DNA of 55,274 nucleotides. It comes from Chiloscyllium plagiosum. Lineage: Eukaryota. Position 1 is the stretch's first letter; the number at the start of each line of letters is the position of its first letter. The notes beneath the pieces are model-generated. The model was not told the origin of the DNA and ran no database searches. It saw only the letters and a program-made list of their open reading frames with translations. The translations under genes and the position numbers were made by a program. The DNA lies in contig NC_057718.1 of assembly GCF_004010195.1 (NCBI RefSeq), forward strand, positions 32,385,237 to 32,440,510, written 5' to 3'. Shown here piece after piece: positions 38,270-48,180 of the stretch.

Positions 38270-39110
38270 ACGTATCCCCTTAGTGCCAGCCAATCTACAC
38301 GGGGCAACCACTCTCCGCGTGGAGATTGTGAAGAGCACCAAATTTCTTTGGTCCACCTGACAGAGAATCTCGCCTGGTCCCTTAATACCAGCTCCACAGC
38401 CAAGGAAGCCCAGCAGTGTCTCTACTTTCTGCGTAGGTTGAGGAAAGCCCATCTCCCATCCTCCTATCCTCACCACATTTAACAGAGGTTCCATTGAGAT
38501 TACCCAGAGCTGCTGCATCACTGCCTGGTTCAGGAATTGCACCGTCTCAGGTCATAAGACTTTACAACGGATAGTGAGGACAGCTGAGAAGATCATCGGG
38601 GGTCTCCCTTCCAGTAAAGACATTTACATTTCACACTGCATCCAAACGACTAAGAGCATTGTGGAAGACCCCACACACCCCCTCACTCAAACTCTTCTCC
38701 CTCCTGCCATCTGGCAGAAGATACCGGAGCATTTTGTTTGTCATGACCAAACCGTGCAACAGTTTCCTCCCCCAAGCCATCAGGCTCCTTAACATTGTAT
38801 GATCAGACTCTGTTCCATCTGAAACTCTGCACAACTTCGAATTGCTGCTAGAACAATGTTTTATTAATTATCATTCTTTATTACACTATAATTTGTACAC
38901 TACTGTGCTTATTGCCCTGACGTGTCAGGAATTACTATGCTGTCTTGCATGTTTTGCATTTCTTATGCACTTTATGCTGCCCTATGTATGATCATGTGGT
39001 TTATGCTGTCCATATAGCACCTTGGTCCTGGAGGAATGCTGTCTCAATTTTACTGTGTCAGTTGTATATGGTAGAAATGACAAATGAAAAGCTACTCTTG
39101 ATTCTTGACT
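38270..39110 (+). mobile_element. Rex1/Babar-clade LINE 3' end
   Basis: HLTENLAWSLNTSSTAKEAQQCLYFLRRLRKAHLP; CITAWFRNC; LQRIVRTAEKIIG; IVEDPTHP; LLPSGRRYRSI; tail ctcttgattcttga. Confidence 0.88.
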
Positions 39111-39621
39111 ACCAACAGCCTCCCACTGCTCGAACAAAGCAGCAGTGTTAACACAACTTACAGTGAGTTTCAGCTTTTTAAAATAGACATCAATTCCTCA
39201 GTCCTTTTCTGTAAAACAGTCATGTTTTTTTAAAAAAAAACTCAATCCAAAATTAAAAATACAGAAAAATAAAAAGATATGGTTCTTTAAGACTGGAGAT
39301 GAGTAGGTTATCCTTTGGCCTACTCTCCAAAATTCAGTCAGGGTTTCTATGATCCTCCTGACCCCCTTCAGTATACAACCCAAGCAGCAGCTGCCTGACA
39401 TCTGTTTTGGCAAAACATGCACCACCTTTGCAAGGGCAGTTAGGAACAGACAGTCACTTGCATCCCATAGATAAGCAAAAACAATGTTTCACCAGCAGTA
39501 TTGTATTAATGATCAGATAATCTGTTTCTGTGATGTTGACTGAGGATGTATATTGATCAAGACTCTGGGAGTAACTTGCCTGCTCTTCTTCAAAATCTTT
39601 TTTGTCCACCTGAGAAAATAG

Positions 39622-40145
39622 AGCTGAAAAATGTGTTGCTGGAAAAGCGCAGCAGGTCAGGCAGCATCCAAGGAGCAGGNNNNNNNNNNNNNNNNNNNNN
39701 NNNNNNNNNNNNNNNNNNNNNNNNNNNNNNNNNNNNNNNNNNNNNNNNNNNNNNNNNNNNNNNNNNNNNNNNNAAGCTGGAGAAATCTGCATTCATCCCT
39801 TGTGGTTGGAGGATTCCTAGGCGGAAGATGAGGCGCTCTTCCTCCAGGCGTCGTGTTGCCTTGGTCTGGCGATGGAGGAGGCCAAGGACCTGCATCACTT
39901 TGGTAGAGTGGGAGGGGGAGTTAAAGTGTTCAGCCATGGGGCGGTTGGGTTGGTTGGTGAGGGTGTCCCAGAGGTGTTCTCTGAAACGTTCCACAAGTGG
40001 GTGGCCTGTCTCCCCAATGTAAAGGAGGCGACATCGGGTGCAGCGGATGCAGTAAATGATGTGTGTGGAGGTGCAGGTAAATTTGTGACGGATATGGAAG
40101 GATCCCTTGGGGCCTTGGAGAGAAGTGAGGGGAGAGGTGTGGGCG
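39622..40145 (-). mobile_element. Penelope-like element 3' part: GIY-YIG endonuclease domain plus family A terminal repeat
   Basis: FTCTSTHIIYCIRCTRCRLLYIGETGHPLVERFREHL...AEHFNSPSH...LEEERLIFRLGILQPQGMN; 15-bp TSD cacctgagaaaatag at 39607-39621 and 40146-40160. Confidence 0.93.
39680..39773. other. Assembly gap (94 N)
   Basis: Run of N inside the Penelope element. Confidence 1.
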
Positions 40146-40176
40146 CACCTGAGAAAATAGTCTATTTAGTTTAATG

Positions 40177-40296
40177 AAGGGCTTTTGCCCGAAACGTCGA
40201 TTTTGCCTGTCCTCGGATGCTGCCTGAATTGCTGTGCTCTTCCAGCACCACTCATCCAGAATCTGGTTTCCAGCATCTGCAGTCATTGTTTTTACC
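40177..40296 (+). mobile_element. Short PLE terminal-repeat copy (family A-like) with 15-bp TSD
   Basis: TSD ctatttagtttaatg at 40162-40176 and 40297-40311; starts (atg)aagggcttttgcccgaaacgtcga. Confidence 0.9.
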
Positions 40297-42592
40297 CTAT
40301 TTAGTTTAATGTCTACTTAGAAAGACAATGTAGCACTCCCTCCATATTATGGAGAATTAACCTAAATATTTATTCTTCCATCCCTAGAGTGGATCATGGA
40401 CTTTCTGGCTCATGATTTGCCAACTGAACCACAGTAGCACTTATTAATATCTTACTGTTAGGACAACCAAGAGATGGAGACAACATGACAAGTTAACCCA
40501 CCCTCACATTTTCCTATCTTTCATCAAGACGTGCCTTCCCTAGATAACAAGTTAATTGTACAAGAAGTGTAAATGTGAATTTACATCTCACCATTCTATA
40601 AACAATGGGTAGATAACACAATTTCAAAGCCTAACTGCTCTCTATAGTACAACTCCTGATGACCAGAATCAGGGATTCTTGGGGTATAATATCAGACATC
40701 AGTAGCTAAGAAAAGGCTACTGCCTGTTTCTTGTAAATGTTATTCTTTTTCAAAAGGACATGAAGCTAGAGATTGGTTAGCCCAGTTTTTTTTTGGGAGT
40801 GGGGGTGGTGCAGAGCCCACAATTCATTCCTTGGTCACACTCGATATACATCAGTGTAAACTTTGTGTTTCCACCTTAATTCAGTGATTGTAACATTGGT
40901 CTGAATAGCTTCATGCTGCTTTTCAGTCTTGAACGCTACATGCTGACCATGTGTACAGCAGAGAAAGTCAGCAATGATGCTTGCAGGTGACAGCCAACCT
41001 ACACTTAGAGGCAGGTTGCATCTTTAGCACCAATACGTTGTGCTAAAATATTGCTGCAAAGTAAATAATTTCAAATGCAACATCAGAGCAGAAAGAAGCA
41101 TGCAGAGTAATGGATACAGTGCTAGAGAGCACCATGCAGGAGACAGCCAGCAATGGGGGATACCAGACAAGTGAGCAGTGTTCAGTGTAGGCAATGCTAT
41201 GTGAGAAAATTAGACACCTGTTCATCTTGACACAGTCTCTGTCCTGGAGAGTCTCACTTGTGCATTACTTCTCTGGATCTCAGCAAGAGTAAAACTTTAA
41301 TTTTGTATTAAGCAAAATAATAGATGTGCAGGTAAAACCATTCTAACAGCTAATGAGTGGAGCTTTTAGCAACTTCTGAAGGCCTCTTCCATTTGTAGAA
41401 AGCACCACTGTAAGAACATCTGCAAAAATGGCTTTTCTAAATAATCAAAGCAACTGAACAAGTTACATAGAATAAAAGAAACAAATTCCACTTATTTAAT
41501 CCTTTTGATGAACTCAGAATGTTCTAAAATACTCCACAGCCAACTGAGTAATTTTCCAGTGTAGACATTGTTGTCATGTAAGAAACCAGGGAAAAAGTTC
41601 ATTTGTCGGCAAAATGTTAACATGTAGGCATTCTTTCTCATTTGGCAATTTATTTCATCTCCTTATTGAAATTCAGTTGAAAAAAACCCCAGATTATTTT
41701 GATTTTAGTGCTTGGTATAAATTATGCACCTTTTTAAATTTTCACAATTCCCAATTTTGTGACTAGATGACTTTAGTGAGCTTAATAACTGATGTCTTGA
41801 TAGCAAATTACTTAAATATATGACTTAGTTGATCTAAAATACACATCTTCTAAGGATTCATTCCAAACCCATTCAGTGCAGAGCATAGACAAATTCTGAG
41901 TTTCCACATGGAAATTATTTAATTTGAACTGACAAACTGATGGAAAATCAAAGCTTTTTTCCCAAAAAGATACACTACATTTTTTTGTAATTAGTTACAG
42001 ATCAGCATTTGCACAAATCCTGGAACAGTTATCAGGCTCTGAACTGCTATTGGTAGGATTGTTAGACTGATATTAAGTACACAGAAAGGGATGGATTTAT
42101 GATTAATGCTCATAAAATAATGTCATTTTACTGACATTTAACACCAAAGTTAGCTTTCTATAAATATTCTTGCAGAGCTTTTCCCAGTGACATAGCATAA
42201 TTATGTAGCACTGTTTAACTCCATGCTCTTTGCTACCAACTCCCCCCTTCCTGATACTAGGTAGGCTGCGTGAAGCGACAAAAAACAGAGGGTGAAAACA
42301 AAAGTGTGAACCAAGTAGTCACTCCCATGCACTATGAAATGGGCAGTTCAGGAAGCATATTGACAGATTGGATGCCCTCTGTTGTGCGGACATTGCAGGA
42401 GGGACCAATCAAAAACAAAATAAAGAGAAAGCAATTTATATTTCTTTCCATGTAAAATTGTCACTATGTCAATTACTGATGTTATAGAAGAATCCATTGC
42501 AGGTTGGCAGGAGATTGGGTTTTTGAAGCTGAATGCATTGTTAGACTGCTTTCTTGTAACAAGAGACTTCTGTTAGGTCATTTCTGTGATAT

Positions 42593-42779
42593 AGGAGAAA
42601 GTGAGGACTGCAGATGCTGGAGATCAGAGTCGAGAGTGTGGTGCTAGAAAAGCACAGCAGGTCAGGGAGCATTCAAGGACCAGGAGCATCAACATTTCAG
42701 GCATAAGCCCTTCATTACGAATTCTTGATGAAGGGTTTATGCTCGAAACATCGATTCTCCTGCTCCTCGGATACTATCC
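42593..42779. mobile_element. Palindromic PLE terminal-repeat copy (family A)
   Basis: Minus arm 42593-42720 and plus arm 42721-42779 meet at gaattc between two decayed hammerheads; ctgtgatat repeated at 42584-42592 and 42780-42788. Confidence 0.88.
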
Positions 42780-43594
42780 CTGTGATATGTCTCAGAGGGT
42801 CATGGAGACAAGTAAGGAGTTCACCAAGGCATTCCTCAACACGCCCTCCTCCTGATTTCAGTAGATCATTCCAAGATTAAATAAAACAGATAACCGATTT
42901 GAATGCAAACTTTTCTGTACCTTATCTGTCAACAAATGATAAGAGATATGTTAATAGGCACCATGGAGACATGAAACTCCATTTGAACTATCCACAAAGT
43001 TTGCATTGAAGCACTTCAACTCTTAACCCTCATGTAATGCACGCCGTAAGGTGGAAAGATTTGATAGATGGCTTCATGTATTTACCTGATCCTGTGAAGT
43101 TCTTGCTTCATAGCAATTTAAGATTGCACTGTTGCATACAGATGCCTTACTTCCTGAATTGCATAATACTGAATTTAGAAAGGAAAGGCGATGCCAATGT
43201 CACTTTGAGTATATCCAAACATGAGATAGTGTCAGACCAGCAGATTCAAATTTCCATATGGACAATCTGAATTCTGGTTCTGCCAATTTTAAAAAGCATT
43301 CCAGTGAAACCATGAATTTGGAGTAGACTTTACTTAACTATTTAAATTATGTGTTTCCCTGACCTCATGCTGAGAACATAATGAAGGAAATGTCCCCAGA
43401 TGGGTGCTGTTAACGAAACCTGTGTCAAGGAGCATCACAAGCCTCATGTGCCCCCAGCCTATGTCCATCTGAAAACCTGAGACTGACACAACCAGCACGG
43501 ATGGACGGAAAACCTTTATACTGCATTTTCTGTTCGTATTCAGCCTATCACTTTTTTTTACAGGAGTTAAATTTAATTTTAAATCATAGACAGC

Positions 43595-43889
43595 AAATAA
43601 AGAGAAAGCAAGTTATATTTCTTTCTATGTAAAATTGTCAGTATGTCAATTACTGATGTTATAGAAGAACCCATTGCAGGTTGGCAGGAGATCGGGTTTT
43701 TGAAGCGGAATGCATTGTTAGACTACTTTCTTGTAATAAGAGACTTCTGTTAGGTCATTTCTGTGATATAGGAGAAAGTGAGGACTGCAGATGCTGGAGA
43801 TCAGAGTCGAGAGTGTGGTGCGAGAAACGCGCAGCAGGTCAGGGAGCATTCAAGGAGCAGGAGCATCAACGTTTCAGGCATAAGCCCTT
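43595..43889 (+). repeat. 295-bp direct duplicate of 42418-42712 (unique DNA plus half of a PLE copy)
   Basis: Ungapped alignment, about 13 mismatches by eye. Confidence 0.95.
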
Positions 43890-44540
43890 TGAAAGTTGCC
43901 ACCCAGGTAAATAGTGCGGTGAAGAAGGCATATGGCGTACTGGCTTTTATTGGTAGAGGAATTGAGTTCCGGAGTACTGAGGTCATGTTGCAGTTGCATA
44001 AGACTCTGGTGCGACCGCATCTGGAGTATTGTGTGCAGTTTTGGTCGCCATACTATAGGAAGGATGGGGAGGCACTGGAACGGGTGCAGAGGAGGTTTAC
44101 CAGGATGTTGCCTGGTATGGTAGAAAGATCGTATGAGGAAAGGCTGAGGCACTTGGGGTTGTTTTCATTGGAGAAAAGAAGGTTTAGGGGTGACTTGATA
44201 GAGGTGTACAAGATGATTAGGGGTTGAGATAGGGTCGACAGTGAGAATTTTTTTCCACGTATGGAGTCAGCTATTACGAGGGGGCATAGCTTTAAATTAA
44301 GGGGTGGTAGGTATAGGACAGATGTTAGGGGTAGGTTCTTTACTCAGTGAGTCGTGAGTTGTGGAATGCCCTGCCAGTAGCAGTGGTGGACTCTCCCTCA
44401 TTATGGGCATTTAAGCGGGCATTGGATAGGCATATGGAGGATAGTGGGCTAGTGTAGGTTAGGTGGACTTGGATCGGCGCAACATCGAGGGCCGAAGGGC
44501 CTGTACTGCGCTGTATTCTTCTATGTTCTATGTTCTATTA
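43890..44540 (+). mobile_element. Young CR1 LINE subfamily, 5'-truncated, (gttctat)n tail
   Basis: KVATQVNSAVKKAYGVLAFIGRGIEFRS...LVRPHLEYCVQFWSP...; CpGs largely retained. Confidence 0.95.
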
Positions 44541-45437
44541 CAAATTCTTGACAGCAAAATTGAAATGGGAGATTCCGATGGGTTGATCTTCCTTTTGCCT
44601 TGTACCCCATGCTTCATAATTCAGTGGACTGCAGTTCAATTATTCAACTTTGATTGTGGTTTGTATGAACCTGAAAGTGAAACATAAAATTTTGCACACC
44701 TTTCACCTACACATGCTTTTTATTGAAATTCAGAAGTTATTTTGGACCAGTGTTTAAGCATTCTGCACCTAGACTGATAGTAAGTTAGAACAGGATGAAC
44801 ATACTGCAAATATTTAAATGCTGAGAAAAAAGAGGTAATGTGAACATGGAAAGAATCCATTAGATAACAGCAGACTATTTTTCAGAATTCTTTCTGCACC
44901 AAGCTGTGGTATTAAATAGTCGATCATTTTCAGCTACATCTGGGGTTGATAATTAACAGCAGTCAGGGTATGGAAAATGATCAGTGCACTATTGCCTGTT
45001 TTCTGTCTGATTCTTGAATTAAAAATCACTCTCATTGTGTCCAAGACACGGGGCAAATTTTAATGCATTTACGTAATGAATGAGCATCATAGTAGATTCC
45101 TGTGCCCTGGCAATTCATTTTGGAAAGACTGGTCAAAGCTTATTTGCTCAGAAGGAGAGAGGGCCAATGAGGAAGATGGCTGTAAACTGCAAGAGGATAT
45201 CACCAGACTGCTGAAGTGGGCAAAAGCAGTGGCAAATGGAATTCAACCTTCAAAAGTATGCGGTAATGCTCTAGGGAAGGGCTAACAAGGCAATAATAGC
45301 AGGACCCTAGAACAGATTGCAGATCGAGGGGGGAGGATTATGTTAATAATCACAGATCCCTAAAGATAGCCAAGCAATTCTTTATTAACTGAGGCATAGA
45401 ACACAGAGCAAGGCGGTTAGGTTGGAACTGTATAATA

Positions 45438-45568
45438 GGAGAAAGTGAGGACTGCAGATGCTGGAGATCAGAGTTGAAAAATGTGTTTCTGGAAAAGTGC
45501 AGCAGGTCAGGCAGCATCCAAGGAGCAGGAGAATCGACGTTTCGGACATAAGCCCTTCTTCAGGAATT
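45438..45568 (-). mobile_element. Short PLE terminal-repeat copy (family A) with exact 16-bp TSD
   Basis: TSD ttggaactgtataata at 45422-45437 and 45569-45584. Confidence 0.93.
45531..45568 (-). ncRNA. Minimal hammerhead ribozyme motif (family A)
   Basis: auuc-CUGAAGA(45563-57)-a-GGGC-uuau-GUCC-GAAA(45543-40)-C-GUC^gauuc; palindromic ACGU stem III, weak stem I. Confidence 0.62.
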
Positions 45569-46282
45569 TTGGAACTGTATAATACACTGTTGCGGCCACA
45601 ATTAGGTTACTGCATTTAGTTCTGGTCACCACGTTATAAGAAGAATATGATTGCATAGAGAGGTGCAGAGGACATTTATCAGGATGCTGCCTGGGTTGAG
45701 GGTCTGAGGAAGTATTAGATAAACTGGGATTGTTTTCCCTGCAGCAAAGGTTGAGAGGATACCTGATAGAGGTGTATTACTATGTGAGGAACATAGGGTG
45801 GATAGGAAGGCATTTTTTCCAATAGTAGAAGGGTCAATGGCCAAAGCACATAGATTTAAGCTAAGAGATGTAAGGGCTAAGAAGAGAGTTAAGGAGAAAT
45901 CTTTTCACTCAGAGGGTGATGGAGGTCTGGAACTTGCTCCTTGAAAGCATTGATGAGTCATAAACTTTCATGATTTTAAGCAATATTTAGATATTCACTT
46001 GTGTTGCCATAGCCTCCAGAGTATTGGGCCAAGAGCTGAAAAATAGGTATAATCCTTGCTGTTAGATACTTGCTGACTGGCATGGCCATGATGTGCCAAA
46101 TGGCCTCATTCTATGCTGTAAATGTCCATGATTCTTTGAGATGTTTGATAGAGGACATAATAGATTGTAAAGGTGCTAAAGAAAAAGTTAATTTAGAGCA
46201 CCAATTCCAGCAGGATATTCTATGGAAATAGAGAAAAGGGTGTAGAATCGAACCAGTGAGTGGCAAGTTGAGGATTGATAAA

Positions 46283-46650
46283 GAAATAACTTGTATTTCT
46301 ATTGCACTTTTTATAGCTTCAGGAATTGCTAAGTGCTTCACCACTTAAGAGTAATCGTTGTCAGGTTATAGGCAAGCACAATACTCAAATTGTGAAAAGC
46401 AAGGCCACATAAACAGCGAGGGTAATTTTTAAAATAGTCCAATTGTTTTGGTAATGTTGGTTGACAGATGCTTTTTTTTTAATGCTTGGGGTCTTTTTGC
46501 ACCACCTTGTTTGAGCATCTCCGGACCTCCAACAATCCAGTGTCTCCTCCAGTGTTGCTGAAAACTATCCGCATCCTTTACTATCGCAAGTCCTGAGGTC
46601 AGCTTTGGATTTCGCAACTGCCGAACTCAAGCAAGAATGCTCCCACTGAA
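46283..46650 (-). mobile_element. Deu-domain SINE, very degenerate
   Basis: aacttgtatttctattgcactt...gcaaggccacataaacagc...ttttggtaatgttggttga resembles the reverse complement of the DeuSINE 3' half and 39490-39560. Confidence 0.55.
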
Positions 46651-47769
46651 ACTGGATCTTGGCATGTGAGGGAATGTTTCTTCACTAAGCATGTAGGGCG
46701 ATATTAGTAATGAATAAAAATAGTGACATGGAGGAAAATGTAGAGTAAAGAACTAATCCTGAAATGATATGTAAACGATAAAGTGCATCTGTAATGTAAG
46801 AGATCACATGATGGAAAAATCTCTGAAGAGAGATGTAACTGTATAGACCTCATGCTATGTCTAAGAGAATCGAATCCACTTGAGGCTGAGGATTGTCCTT
46901 GGAACCCAGACCAGAGTAGATGATGTTTGGGAGTCATGAGGTGGAGATTGCTAGGGAAGGATGGGTACCTTTCAGTGGATTACTGAATAAGGTGCCTCCC
47001 CTACCAAGGAACTAGCAAGCAATGCTACACCAGTTTGGTTGTTGTGTTTCCTACATCTTTAACCACCTGCCCTTCACTAGGGGAATGCCATTGAATGTGG
47101 GTGAAGCTCTCAAATAAGCATTAAGTAGTCACCTAAGCAGCTCAATTGGTAGGTAGGTGGGAAATCCATCTAAAATGGACATAGTTGGATTTACCCTGTC
47201 AACCATCCTCCTGTCTGATTAATGTCCCTTATCACCAAACTTGCTATGAAGAAGGACACAAAAGTCTGTCCTATATTTATAATTATTTCAATGTTATTGG
47301 GTTTTTCATTATTGATGCTGTATTACATATGCTGGAGGTTTCGTCAGAGGTTTTTCATTTCAAAAGCAATTCCTTTTATATCTTGGAACAAACATAAGTC
47401 ATGTCTGTAATAATACACTGTAATGGCAAAGCAACTATTAATTGTTCACTGAGAATTGCCAGGAATGAATAAGACACAGGACAGTCGTTATCCTGACTAA
47501 GCTACTTAGAAAACAACAGTTGGTTTGAAATTAAACAAAACTCTCCCATTGAGAGCATAGGCAATCTTGGGTAGCAATAGCTCCCATCAGTTTTATATTA
47601 GCTCAAGGAACCCTTTACTATTAATCATAGAGAGAGCATTGGCAAGGTTCCTGACCTCAAATTAGAAGATGCAGGGCTCAAAACTTCTGCTAGTCAATCC
47701 GTCAAGTTGAAATCAGACTTGAGCTCAATTCTGTCACTCCAGCTTGTAATGTTCAAAATGCTTTATATT

Positions 47770-48180
47770 CTTCATAGCAAGTACTTCACCTCCTGACTCC
47801 CCAAAGCCCGTAAACTTTTCTATGTGGCACAAGTCAGGAGGGTGATGGAGTATTCCCCAGTTGCCTGGATGGGTGCAGATCCAAAAACACTGAAGACATT
47901 TGATACCATCTAGGACAAAGCAGCCAGCTGAATTTGCCCCACATCCATAAACATTAGCAAGTTCCATCCAACCCACTGACCATCCTGACTTGGAAATATA
48001 TTACCATTCTTTCACAGTAGTTGGGTCAAAATCCTTGAATTCCCTCCCTAACAGCTTTGTGGCTCTAGCTGCAGGACAGGGACTGCAGCGGCTCAAGAAT
48101 GCAGCTCAAGAGCAACTAGGGATGGATCAAAAATGCTGGCCCAGCCAGCAATGCCCAGGCCCCATGAGTAAATTAAAAAT
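47770..48180 (+). mobile_element. Family-2 LINE 3' end, internally deleted
   Basis: cacaagtcaggagggtgatggagtattccccagttgcctggatgg...tccctccctaacagc...gggatggatcaaaaatgctggcccagccagc; reverse complement of 31400-31950. Confidence 0.88.

Larger units (their letters stand above)
39490..40435 (-). mobile_element. Deu-domain SINE (SacSINE1/AmnSINE1-like), split by two PLE insertions
   Basis: Reverse complement of ctcaggtggac...ttttgaagaagagcaggcaagttactcc...tcaacatcacagaaacagattatctgatcatt (Deu domain). The 5' part resumes after 40297. Confidence 0.72.
45160..46135 (+). mobile_element. Old CR1 LINE 3' part
   Basis: EEDGCKLQEDITRLLKWA; TLLRPQLGYCI*FWSP; FTQRVMEVWNLL; CR1 3' UTR. Confidence 0.85.

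Noticed and set aside
43778..44227. 149-aa ORF as a novel fusion protein
   Set aside because: Chance read-through from an antisense PLE repeat into a truncated CR1, with no ATG start and no sign of expression
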